Source: Mobula hypostoma (Eukaryota). From it: DNA of 64,000 nucleotides. The translations under genes and the position numbers were made by a program. Within the stretch, counting starts at the first letter, position 1. Every line of letters begins with the position of its first letter. This document shows, piece after piece, positions 39,974 to 52,230 of the stretch. The stretch spans positions 744,001-808,000 of the forward strand of contig NC_086101.1 in NCBI RefSeq assembly GCF_963921235.1, written 5' to 3'. The notes under the pieces are model-generated. The model was not told the origin of the DNA. It worked only from the letters and a program-made list of their open reading frames with translations, and made no database searches.

Positions 39974-42216
39974 GTCATAGTCATACTTTATTGATCCCGG
40001 GGGAAATTGGTTTTCGTTACAGTTGCACCATAAATAATAAATAGTAATAGTAATATTATTAGTAGTAAATAGTAATAGTCATAGAAATAATAAATAGTAG
40101 TAGAATAATAATAGAAAATAGTAATAAATAGTTAAATAGTAATATGTAAATTACGCCAGTAAATTTTGAAATAAGTCCAGGACCAGCCTATGGGCTCAGA
40201 GTGTCTGACCGTCCAAGGGAGGAGTTGTAAAGTTTGATGGCCACAGGTAGGAATGACTTCCTATGACACTCTATGCTGCATCTCGGAGCAATGAGTCTCT
40301 GGCTGAATGTACTCCTGTGCCCACCCAGTACATTATGTAGTGGATGGGAGACATTGACCAAGATGGCATGCAACTTGGGACAGCATCCTCTTTTCAGACA
40401 CCACCGTCAGAGAGTCCAGTTCCATCCCCACAACATCACTGGCCTTACGAATGAGTTTGTTGATTCTGTTGGTATCTGCTACCCTCAGCCTGCTGCCCCA
40501 GCACACAACAGCAAACATGATAGCACTGGCCAGCACAGACTCGTGGAACATCCTCAGCATCGTCCGGCAGATGTTAAAGGACCTCAGTCTCCTCGGAAAT
40601 AGAGGTGGCTCTGACCCTTCTTGTAGACAGCCTCAGTGTTCTTAGACCAGTCCAGTTTATTGTCAATTCGTATCCTCAGGTATTTGTATTCCTCCACCAT
40701 GTCCACACTGACCCCCTGGATGGAAACAGGGTTCACCAGTACCTTAGCTCTCCTCAAGTCTACCACCAGCTCCTTAGTCTTTTTTACATTAAGCTGCAGA
40801 TAATTCTGCTCACACCATGTGACAAAGTTTCCTACCGTAGCCCTGTACTCAACCTCATCTCCCTTGCTGATGCATCCAACTGTGGCAGAGTCATCAGAAA
40901 ACTTCTGAAGATGACAAGACTCTGTGCAGTAGTTGAAGTCCAAGGTGTAAATGGTGAAGAGAGAGGGAGACAAGACAGTCCCCTGTGGAGCCCCAGTGCT
41001 GCTGATCACTCTGTCGGACACACAGTGTTGCAAGCACACGTACTGTGGTCTGCCAGTCAGGTAATCAAGAATCCATGACACCAGGAAAGCATCCACCTGC
41101 TTCGCTGTCAGCTTCTCCCCCAGTAGAGCAGGGCAGATGGTGTTGAACACACTGGAGAAGTCAAAAAACATGACCCTCACAGTGCTCGCTGGCTTGTCCA
41201 GGTGGGCGTAGACACAGTTCAGCAGGTAGACGATGGCATCCTCAACTCCTAGTCAGGGCTGGTAGGCGAACTGGAGGGGATCTAAGTGTGGCCTGACCAT
41301 AGGCCGGAGCAGCTCCAGAACAAGTCTCTCCAGGGTCTTCATGATGTGGGAGGTCAATGTCACCGGTCTGTAGTTATTGAGGCCGCTGGGGTGCGGCGTC
41401 TTCGGCACAGGGACGAGGCAGGAAGTTTTCCACAGCACAGGAACCCTCCAGAGCGTCAGGCTCATGTTGAATACATGGCGAAGTACTCCACATAGCTGAG
41501 GGGCACAGGCTTTGAGCACCCTAGTACTGACACCATCCGGGCCTGCAGCCTTGCTTGGGTTGAGATGTTTCAGCTGTCTTCTCACCTGTTCAGCTGTGAA
41601 GCCCACCGTGGTGGTTTCGTGTGGGGGAGAGGTATAGTCATGAGAGCAGGGTGGGGGACTGTGAGGAGGGGTAGGAGGGGAGAGTGGAATATGTGTTGGT
41701 TGGGGGCCAACAACGGCTGGCTCATGTGGGGGATGGGCAGGGGTTACAATGTCAAATCTGTTAAAGAACAGGTTAAGTTCGTTGGCCCTGTCCACACTGC
41801 CTTCAGTTCCTCTGTTGCTAGTTTGCCGGAACCCAGTGATGGTCCTCATCCCCCTCCAGACCTCTCTCATGTTGTTCTGCTGGAGTTTCCACTCAAGCTT
41901 CCTCCTGTACCTGTCTTTAGCCTTCCTGATCCTGGCTTTCAGGTCCCTCTGTATTGCCCTCAGCTCCTCCCTATTTCCATCTCTAAATGCCCTCTTTTTA
42001 GCGTTCAGGATGCCCTTAATGTCCTTTGTCACCCATGGCTTGTTTGAATAACAAAGGACAGTTCTTGTCGGAACATTGCAGTCCACACAGAAGTTGATGT
42101 AATCAGTGATGCACTCTGTGAGCCCATCAATATCCTCTCCATGTGGCTCAGAGTGTGCCTGCCAGTCTGTCACCTCAAAACAACCCTGGAGCGCCTCATA
42201 AGCCTGCTCGGACCAC
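39974..42216 (-). mobile_element. Rex1/Babar LINE, 5'-truncated
   Basis: ORFs 41253-42173 and 40584-41180: KAAGPDG, YRPVTLTS, DPLQFAY, DFSSVFNTI, GAPQGTVLSP, KFSDDS; tail at ~39975-40010. Confidence 0.92.
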
Positions 42217-42217
42217 C

Positions 42218-43540
42218 CAGAGAGAGAGAAAATAAAAAAGGTGGGGAGTAAAAAATATTAAATTAATAAATAAGGGATGGGGTGTGAAGGGGAGGTGGGG
42301 AATTAATGGAAGTTAGAGAAATCAATATTCATGCTATCAGGTTGGAGGCTACCCAGACGGCATATAAGGTGCTGTTCCTCCAACATGAGTGTGACTTCAT
42401 CTTAACAGAAGAGGAGGCCGTGGATAGACATGTCAGAATGGGATGTGGAATTAAAATGTGTGGCCACTGGGAGATTTTGCTTTCTCTGGAGGACAGAGCG
42501 TAGGTGTTTCAGCGAAATGGTCTCCCAGCCTGTGTCGAGTCTCGCCAATATATAAAAGGCCGCACCAGACACAGTATATCACACCAGCCGACTCACAGGT
42601 GAAGTGTCGCCTCACCTGGAAGGACTGTCTGGGGCCCTGAATGGTGGTGAGGGAGGAAGTGTAAGGGCATGTGTAGCACTTGTTCTGCTTACAAGGATAA
42701 GTGCCGGGAGGGAGATCGGTGGGAAGGGATGGGGGGTGGGGGGAGCGGAAAGGGGAGTCGCATAGGGAGCAATCCCTGTGGAAAGCAGAAGGTGGGGGAG
42801 GGAAAGATGTGCTTAGTGGTGGGATCCTGTTGGAGGTGGCGGGAGTTACAGAGAATTATATGTTGGATCCGGAGACTGGTGGGGTGGTAGGCAAGGACAT
42901 TTTAATTTCTCCCAGTGGCCACACATTTTAATTCCACGTCCCATTCCCATTCTGATATGTCTATCCACGGCCTCCTCCACCGTCAAGATGAAGCCACACT
43001 CAGGTTGGAGGAACAACACCTTATATTCCATCTGGGTAGCCTCCAACCTGATGGCATGAACATTGACTTCCCTAACTTCCGCTAGTGTCCCAACTCCCCT
43101 TCATACCCCATCCCTTATTTATTTATTTAATATTTCCCCCTTTTTTTTTCTTTCTTCTGTCTTTTCTCCCTCTGTCTCTCTCACTATAACTCGTTGCCTG
43201 CTCTCCTCCTTCCGGGCTCCCCTCCCCCCTTCACTCTGTCCCCAGGCTTCCCGTCCCATGATCCTCTCCCTTCTCCAGTCTGGTATCCCTTTTACCAATC
43301 AACTTTTCAGCTCTTAGATCCACCCCTCCACTCCTGTCCTCTCCTATCATTTCAGATCTCCCCCTCCCCCTCCTACTTTCAAATCTCTCACTATCTCTTC
43401 TTTCAGTTCGTCCTGACGAAGGGTCTCGGCCTGAAAAGTCGACTGTACCTCTTCCTAGAGATGATGCCTGGCCTGCTGCGTTCCACTAGCATTTTTTGTT
43501 TGTGTTGCTTTAATTTCCAGCATCTGCAGATTTCCTCGTG
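42218..43540. mobile_element. Head-to-head inverted PLE pair (42218-42900 -, 42905-43540 +); hammerhead variant at 43409-43444
   Basis: GIY-YIG coding sequence on both strands; ctgacga...gaaaagtc. Confidence 0.85.
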
Positions 43541-44199
43541 TCGAGGTTTCTCTTCGTGAGGGTTTCTGGGTAAAGGGGCAGCCATGGGCGATAGTACTGG
43601 CATTGTCCCGTACAGTCGAAGGAAATGCGAGCGGATGTATCTCCCAAACACTGCCGAGCTCCAGCTATGTAAATCTGAACTCGTAACAAAAATATAGTTC
43701 ACAGTTAATCGGGGTTGAAGAGTTTACCTTCCAGTCAGTGAAAATGTCAATAAATGATGTGTGCAAATAAAACTTTCCGTCAGGTTTGCTTCTCTCTGGG
43801 TAAATAACGATATGAAACACCTTTGCCTCGATGACAAGTGACTTGTGGCTTTCACATCACAAAAGTGTCACACTCCAATGAGAATAACCACTGCCCTCCA
43901 CTTTGTATTCATTGGCATTGCCATCGATGGGTTCCTCTCTGTCAGTCAGCTGGTGGCAGGGTATCCGAATAATTAGTAAATCTTCAGGATCGTACATGAT
44001 CGTACAAGTGCTTTTTGTAGTGTTGTGGAACATGACCAGAACTTGAAATAGTACCAAACGACAGAGACTCATTGAGCCAGGTCACAGGTTGATTGAGGTC
44101 AGAAATAGCCCATTTTCATAAAGACAGGACTACAGTCAGAGAATTTGATGGTCAGTCAGAATGTCTGATCCGTGCCTTATTAGAAGATGAGTGCAGATA

Positions 44200-46105
44200 G
44201 AAACAGAAATCTACAATATATTAGAGGCCCTTCGGCCCACAGTGTTGTGCCGTCCATGTAACCTATTCGAGAAACTGCCTTCGATTTCCCAACCGCATTG
44301 CACTCTGTTTTTCTAAGCTCCATGTACATATCTAAGAGTCTTTTAAAAGACTCTTATGTTATCTGCTTCTCCCATCATCGTTGACAGTGCATTCCATGCA
44401 CCAACTACTCTCTGTGTAATAAAACCTACCTTGGACCCTACTTCCAAGCACCTTAAAACTATGCCCCTCATGTTTGCCAGTTCAGCTCTAGGAAAAAGTC
44501 TCTGGCTATCCACATGATCAATGCCTTTCATCATCTTATACACATCTATCAAGTCACCTCTCATCTTCCATCGCTCCAAAGTTCACTCAACCTATTCTCA
44601 TAAGGCATGTTCTCCAATCCATGCAACATCTTTGTAAATCTCCTCTGCACTCTTTCTATAGTATCCACATCCTTCCTGTAAATGAGGTAACTGAATACTC
44701 TTAAGTGGGGTATAAATAAGGTTTTATATAGCTGTAACATTACCTCACCACTCTTGAACTCAGTTCCATAGTTGATGAAGGCCTTTTTAACAACAATGTC
44801 AATCAGCTCTGCAGCTTTGAGTGTAAAATTGACATGGACCCCAAGATCCCACTGATCCTGCACACTGCCAAGCGTCCTAACATAATATTGAATTCTGACT
44901 TCAAATCTGATGTACGGAAATAAACCACAGCACACTTATCCGGGTTGAACTCCATCTGCCAGTTGTGCATCCTATCGATGTCCTGCTGTAACCTCTGGAC
45001 AACTTTCCAGACTATTCACAACACCCTCAACTTTTGTGTCATCAGCAAACTTACTAACCCACCCTTCTACTTCCTCGTCAAGATCATTTATAAAAATCAC
45101 AAAGAGAAGAACACATCCCTGCAGAACACCACTGGTCACCGTCCTCCATGCAGTATACAGACCATCTACAACCACCTTTTGGCTTCTGTGGGCAAACCAA
45201 TTCTGGATCCGCAAAGCAAGGTCTACTTTGATCCTTGCCTTGTTACTTTCTGAATGAGCCTCTCATGAGGAATCTTATCAAAAGTCTTACTGAAAGCCAT
45301 GTACACTACATCCAACGCTCTACCTTCATCAGTGTGTTTTGTCACATCCTCAAAGAAATCAATCAGGTTTGTAAGGCATGATCGGCCCTAGACAGAGCCA
45401 TGCTGACTATCCCACATCTGATTACGCTTCTCCAAATGCTCATAAATCCTGCCTCTCAGGAGCTTCTCCAACAACTTCCCCTCCACTGAAGTAAGAACCA
45501 CTGGTCTGTAATTTCCTGGCTTGTCTCTACTGCCTTTCTTGAAAAGGGAACAATGTCTTCTAATCATCTGCTGCTTTTCCTCTCCCTATTGATTTGCAAA
45601 GATCATCGCCAGAGGCTCAGCAATTATCCCCTCACTTCCCACAGTAGCCTGGGGTATATCTCAGGTTGAGTACCCCCAAATTGAATTGAAATTGGTAAAA
45701 TTGTGATGCCACAGCTCACATTCAGAGGAGATCATAGAGAAACATGTAAAATTATGAAAGGAATAGATAAGATAGAGGAAAGAAAGTTGTTTCAGCTTGT
45801 AGATGAGACTAGAACTAGAGGACATTGCCTCAAGATTCAGGGGAAATTGGGATGGAGATGAGGAGGAACTGCTTTTCCCAGAGGGTGGTGAATCTGTGGA
45901 TTTCACTGCCCAATGAAGGAGTGGAGGCTACCTCAGTAAGTATATTTAAGACAAGGTTGGATAGACTTTGGCACAGTAGGGGAATTAAGGGTTATGGGGA
46001 AAAGGCAGGTAGGTGGAGATGAGTCCATGGCCAGATCAGCCATGATCTTATTCAATGGTGGAGCAGGCTCGACGGGCCAGATGGCCAACTCCTGCTCCTA
46101 TTTCT
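44200..46105. mobile_element. Decayed CR1 (44200-45660 -) and CR1 tail (45720-46105 +)
   Basis: [29 protein letters not shown]. Confidence 0.85.
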
Positions 46106-46914
46106 TATGATCTTATGTTCTCACCACAGACTAAAATCTCTCCTGAAATATTGTCCTTCACCCATTGATGTCTTTTGCAAATATTTTTACAGGTTTGAAA
46201 TGGCAGAACACTTGTGTACGGGAATCTCAAACACAACAACACATCAGTTTTGCTGACTCTGTCTGGATATTTAAGGAGTGACCAAATATTTTCTTTGTAA
46301 CACCAACACATCTGTGGTCGATCCTTGGTGATGAAGAAGTATCACATCTCCAGCTGGTAATGTATTCTGTCTCTGAAATGAAGTTTTCTGTTTTAACTCT
46401 GTGAAATCCACTGGAACCGGGAGCTGAGAACACACCAGCATTTGTTCACTGGAGATCAGTTCTTCAGCTGCATTGATCGTACAAGGGATTCAAACGTCTG
46501 ACTTTCTGAATTGCAGAGAATTGATCGCCGTGAGATATCATTCTCCTTCTCTCAGTGTGGGAAGAGATTCACTCACAGGCTACCCGCAGACACACCAGTG
46601 AGTTCACAGTGGGGGGAGGCTGTTCACCTGCTCTGTGTGAGGGAGGGGAACCACTCAGTCATCCAGTCTGAAGATACACCAGCAAGTTCACACCATAGTG
46701 AGATGCTCCACCTGTTGTGACTGTGGGAAGCAATTCATTCTGTGGTCAATGCTAAAGGTATATCTGAAAATCCACCAGTGAGAGAACGGTAACCTGCTCG
46801 GATGGTGGGAAGGCATTCACACACTCAACCAGTGAGTTCATCTGCTCTGAATGTGGGAAAGGGTTCACCCAATCACCTCAACTGAATGAACACCAGCGAG
46901 TTCACACTGAAAAG

Positions 46915-48228
46915 ATGCCGTTCACCTGCTCAGACTGTGGGAAGGGATTCACTCAATTGTCCACACTACAAAGACACCGGAGAGTTCACACTGGGGAGAG
47001 GCCATTCACCTGCTCAGACTGTGGGAAGGGATTCATTCAGTCAAATCACCTGCTACAACATCAGTTAGTTCACACTGGGGAGAGGCCGTTCACCTGCTCA
47101 GACTGTGGGAAGGGATTCACTCAATCGTCCACACTACAAAGTCACCAGCGACTTCACACTGGGGAGAGGCCATTCATCTGCTCAGACTGTGGGAAGGGAT
47201 TTACTCATTCATCCGACTTGCAGAGACACCAGCGAGTTCACACTGGGGAGAAGCCGTTCACTTGCTCTGAATGTGGAAAGGGATTTGCTCGGTCATCTGT
47301 ACTGAAGTTACATCAGCGAGTTCACACTGGGGAGAGGCCGTTCACCTGCTCAGACTGTTGGAAAGGGTTCACTCACTCATCCGACCTACAGAGACACCAG
47401 CGAGTTCACACTGGGGAGAAGCCATTCACATGCTCTGAGTGTGGAAAGGGATTTGCTCGGTCATCTCAGCTCTTGAAACACCAGCAAATTCACACTGGGG
47501 ACAAACCATTCATCTGCTCAGAATGTGGGAAGGGATTCAACGATTCAGCTCATCTGAAAGAACATCAGTTTGTTCACGCTGCGGAGAGACCGTTCACCTG
47601 CTCAGACTGTGGGAAAGGATTCATTCGGCATTCTCATCTACTGACACACCAGTTAGATCACACTGGGGAGAAACCATTCATCTGCTCTGAATGTGGGAAG
47701 GGATTCACCCATTCAGCTCAAATGAGGGATCATCAGCGAGTCCACACTGGGGAATGGCCATTCACCTGCTCTGAATGTCGGAAGGGATTCACTTGGCAAT
47801 CTCAACTGACTGAACATCAGCGAGTTCACACTGGGGAGAAGCCGTTCACCTGCTCTGAATGTGGGAAGGGATTTGCCCGGTCATCTCATCTGAAGGAACA
47901 TCAGAAACTTCACACTCGGGAGAGGCCTTTCACTTGCTCTGAATGTGGGAAGGGCTTTGCTCGTTCATCTCAACTGAAGGAACATCAGCGAATTCACACT
48001 GGGGAGAAACCATTCAGCTGCTCTGAATGTGGGAAGGGATTCACTCAGTCATCCAAACTTGTGAGGCACTACCGAATTCACGCTGGGGAGAAACCGTTCA
48101 CCTGCTCAGATTGTGGGAAAGAATTCACTCGGTCATCTGACTTTAAAATACATCAGCGAATTCACACTGGGGGATGCCACTCACCTGTTCTGAATGTGGA
48201 AAAGGATTCACTCAGACATCTCAATTAA
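46915..48228 (+). CDS. C2H2 zinc-finger protein, 15 tandem fingers, no KRAB seen
   Basis: 437-aa ORF of CxxC-x12-HxxxH units with TGE(K/R)PF linkers; ATG in aagATGc context; likely exon acceptor tttttacag at 46192. Confidence 0.9.
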   Translation: MPFTCSDCGKGFTQLSTLQRHRRVHTGERPFTCSDCGKGFIQSNHLLQHQLVHTGERPFTCSDCGKGFTQSSTLQSHQRLHTGERPFICSDCGKGFTHSSDLQRHQRVHTGEKPFTCSECGKGFARSSVLKLHQRVHTGERPFTCSDCWKGFTHSSDLQRHQRVHTGEKPFTCSECGKGFARSSQLLKHQQIHTGDKPFICSECGKGFNDSAHLKEHQFVHAAERPFTCSDCGKGFIRHSHLLTHQLDHTGEKPFICSECGKGFTHSAQMRDHQRVHTGEWPFTCSECRKGFTWQSQLTEHQRVHTGEKPFTCSECGKGFARSSHLKEHQKLHTRERPFTCSECGKGFARSSQLKEHQRIHTGEKPFSCSECGKGFTQSSKLVRHYRIHAGEKPFTCSDCGKEFTRSSDFKIHQRIHTGGCHSPVLNVEKDSLRHLN

Positions 48229-49016
48229 GACTATAAGATATAGGAGCAGGAGTAGGCCATTCGGCCCATCGAGTCTACTCCGCCATTCAGTCATAGGCTG
48301 ATCCAATTCGTCCAGTCATCCCCACTTCCCTGCTTTCTCCCCATACCCTTTGATGCTCTGCCTAATCAGGAACCTATCTCTCTCTGCCTTAAATGCACCC
48401 AATAACTTGGCAACAAATTCCACAAATTTACCACCCTCAGAGTAAAGTAAGTCCTCCTCATCTCTGTTCCAAATGGATGTCCTTCAATCCTGAAGTTGTG
48501 CCCTCCTGTCATAGACACCTCTACCATGGGAAATAAATTTCCCATATCTAATCTGTTCAGAGTTTTTAACATTGGAAAGTTTCAATGAGATACCCCCCCA
48601 CTTGCCCGACACCATTCTCCTGAACTCCAGGGAATACAGCCCAAGAGAAACCAGACACTTCTCGTATGGTAACCCTTTCATTCCTGGAATCATTCTTGTG
48701 AATCTTCTCTGAACCCTCTCCAATGTCAGTATATCCTTTCTAAAATAAAGAGCCCTAAACTACAATACTTCAAATATTTCTCATGAGTGCCTTATAGAGC
48801 CGCAACATCACATCCCTGCTCTTATGTTCTATAGAAATTAATGCCACCGTTCCATTCACCTTCTTCACCGATTCATCCTGGAGGTTAACCTTTAGGGTAT
48901 CCTGCAGAAGGACTTCCAAGTTCCTTTACATCGCTGCATTTTGAATTCTCTCCCAATCTAAATACTCATCTGCCCGCTTATTTCTTTCACCAATATGCAT
49001 TACCATGCACTTTCCA

Positions 49017-50590
49017 ACCCGTATGGGTCCTAGCAATGCCTGTCTTTTTATTGGCTTTGTGGAACAATCTATGTTCCAAACCTATTCTGGTATCTGTCCC
49101 CAACTTTTCCTTCGCTACATCGACGACTGCATTGGCGCTGCTTCCTGCACGCATGCTGAGCTGGTTGACTTCATTAACTTTGCCTCCAACTTCCACCCTG
49201 CCCTCAAGTTTACCTGATCCATTTCCGACACCTCCCTCCCATTTCTAGATCTTTCTGTCTCTATCTCTGGAGACAGCTTATCTACTGATGTCTACTATAA
49301 GCCTATTGACTCTCACGGCTATCTGGACTATTCCTCTTCTCACCCTGTCTCTTGCAAAAATGCTATCCCCTTCTCGCAATTCTTCCGTCTCCACCGCATC
49401 TGCTCGCAGGATGAGGCTTTTCATTCCAGGACGAGGGAGATATCCTTTTTTAAAGAAAGGGGCTTCCCTTCCTCTACCATCAACTCTGCTCTCAAACGCA
49501 TCTCCCCCATTTCACGCACATCTGCTCTCACTCCATCCTCCCGTCACCCCACTAGGAATAGGGTTCCCCTGGGCCTCACCTACCACCCCACCAGCCTCCA
49601 GGTCCAAAGTATTATTCTCCGTAACTTCCGCCACTTCCAACGGGATCCCACCACTAAGCACATCTTTTCCTCCCCCCCCCTCCCGCTTTCTGCAGGAATC
49701 GCTCCCTACGCGACTCACTTGTCCATTTGTTCCCCCCCCCCCATCCCTCCCCACTGATCTCCCTCCTGGCACTTATCCTTGTAAGCGGAACAAGTGCTAC
49801 ACATGCCCTTACACTTCCTCCCTTACCACCATTCAGGGCCCCAAACAGTCCTTCCAGGTGAGGCAACACTTCACCTGTGAGTCGGCTGGTGTGATATACT
49901 GCGTCCGGTGCTCCCAATGTGGCCTTCTATATATTGGCAAGACCCGATGCAGACTGGGAGATCGTTTTGCTGAACACCTACGCTCTATCCATCAGAGAAA
50001 GCACGATCTCCCAGTGGCCACATATTTTAATGCCACATCCTATTCCCATTCTGATATGGCTATCCACGGCCTCCTCTACTGTAAAGATGAAGCCACACTC
50101 AGGTTGGAGGAACAACACCTTAGATTCCGACTGGGTAGCCTCCAACCTGATAGCATGTACAGTGACTTCTCTAACTTGCGCTAATGCCCCACCTCCCCCT
50201 CGTACCCCATCCATTATTTATTTATATACACACATTCTTTCTCTCTCTCTCTCCTTTTTCTCCCTCTGTCCCTCTGACTATACCCCTCGCCCATCCTCTA
50301 GGGGTACCCCTCCACTTTCCTTCTCCCCGGACCTCCTGTCCCATGATCCTCTCATATCCCTTTTGCCAATCAACTGTCCAGCTCTTGGCTCCATCCCTCC
50401 CCCTCATGTCTTCTCCTATCATTTTGGATCTCCCCCTCCCCCTCCCACTTTCAACTCTCTTACTATCTCTTCTTTCAGTTAGTCCTGACGAAGGGTCTCG
50501 GCCTGAAACGTCGACTGTACCTCTTCCATTCACCAGCAACTTTGATGTGTGTTGCTTGAATTTCCAGCATCTGCAGAATTCCTCGTGTTT
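49017..50590 (+). mobile_element. 5'-truncated PLE
   Basis: RYIDD through GIY-YIG (LLYIGKT) and pLTR. Confidence 0.93.
50481..50516 (+). ncRNA. Minimal hammerhead ribozyme, intact core
   Basis: Same 36-nt motif as 26575-26610. Confidence 0.88.
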
Positions 50591-51683
50591 ACTGTATTTC
50601 ATTGACTACTTCTTTGACCGTTCCCCGAAACTATCTAAATCTCTCTGCTAGCACTTTGTTTCCTCAGCACTACCCGCTCCTCCACCTATCTTTGTATCAT
50701 CGGCAAATTTAGCCACAAAACCATTAATCCAATAGTCGAAGTCATTGACATACTTCGTAAAAATCAGTGGTCTAAACACCGACCATTGTGGAACTCCGGT
50801 GGTAACCGGCTGCCAGCCAGAATAGGATCCTTTTATTCCCACTCTGTTTTCTGTTGATCAGCCAGTGCTCCACCCATGCTAGTAAATTCCCTGTAATTCC
50901 ATGGGATTTATCTTGCTAAGCAGCCTTGTGTAGCACCTTTCAAAGGCCCAATGAAAATCCAAGTATACCACATCTACTACATCTCCTTTGTCTACCCAGC
51001 TTGTAATTTCCTCAAAGAATTGCAGTAGGTTAGTCAAACAGGATTTTCCTTTCAGGAAACCATGCTGGCTTTGGCCTATCATGTCATGTGCCTCCCGGTA
51101 CCCCGATATCCCATCCATAACAATCGATCCCAGCAACTTCCCACTGAACTCAGGCTTTCAGGCCTCTAGTTTCTTTTCTGCTGCCTCCCACCTTTCTTAA
51201 ATAGCGGAGTAACATTTGTAATTTTCCAGTCATCAGGTACAATGCCAGAATCTATTGATTCTTGAAGAATCACGAGTAATGCCTACGCAATCTCTTCAGC
51301 TACTTCCTTCAGAACCCGAAGGTGCATTCCATCAGGTCCAGGAGATTTATCCACCATCAAACCATTAAGTTTCCTGAGAACCTTCTCAGTTGTAACTTTC
51401 ACTGCACGTACTTCACTTCCCTGACACTCTTGAATATTCAATATACTGCAGATCTCTTCCATCATGAAGAATGATGCAAAATACGCATTCAGTTCCTCTG
51501 CCATCTCTGTGTCTCCCATTACAATATCTCCCGCATCATTTTCTATTCATCCTATATCTATCCTCAACTTTCTTTTACCCTTTCTATACTTATGTAACTC
51601 TCGCTTCATCTTGTAGCTTAATAGACAATAGGTGCAGGAGTAGGCCATTCAGCCTTTCGAGCCAGCACCACCATTCACCATTC

Positions 51684-52230
51684 ATGAATATAGGGGATGA
51701 TAGCCCCTGGCCCGTCCAAACTTGAGAAATCTCATTTGGCTGGATGCTGTGTGAAGTGTTCCCTGTTACAAATCAGTACAACGAAATAACAAACAGTGCA
51801 CAACGAAATAACAAACAGTGCACAATATGCGATTAAACGATTGAGCTTTATTACTCTTAATTTGACGATGTGTTTAGTGAAGAAAACAAAAAAGAGAAAG
51901 GGCCCATTCTCATGAAACAGTCTATTGGGCAATGTTGGAGCTCACTGATAAGCCGTTTGTCCACCATCAACCTCCTCCGATCCTCGCTGACCTTTGGACT
52001 CTCGCTCCAAGTCCACTCCATCCGAGGTCTACCAACTCTCTCCATTCGCGTCTTCCCTCCTCATCTCTCCCCAGCAAAAGACCCGTGAATTCCCGGCTCC
52101 CAGACGCACAAGAAAGAACAACATCCTGTTCATTGGCTGGCATGCCCTATTATCTCTAGTCTTAACCCAAACATTGCTGCTACAGAGAAACCATTAGCTC
52201 AGCAGTGGAACATTACAGAGAAGCCATTAC
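51684..52230 (-). mobile_element. LTR related to 36457-37023
   Basis: Shared blocks cagcatcca..caaa, gtttgg.cggg.cca and atgggccc followed by a T-rich tract. Confidence 0.6.
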
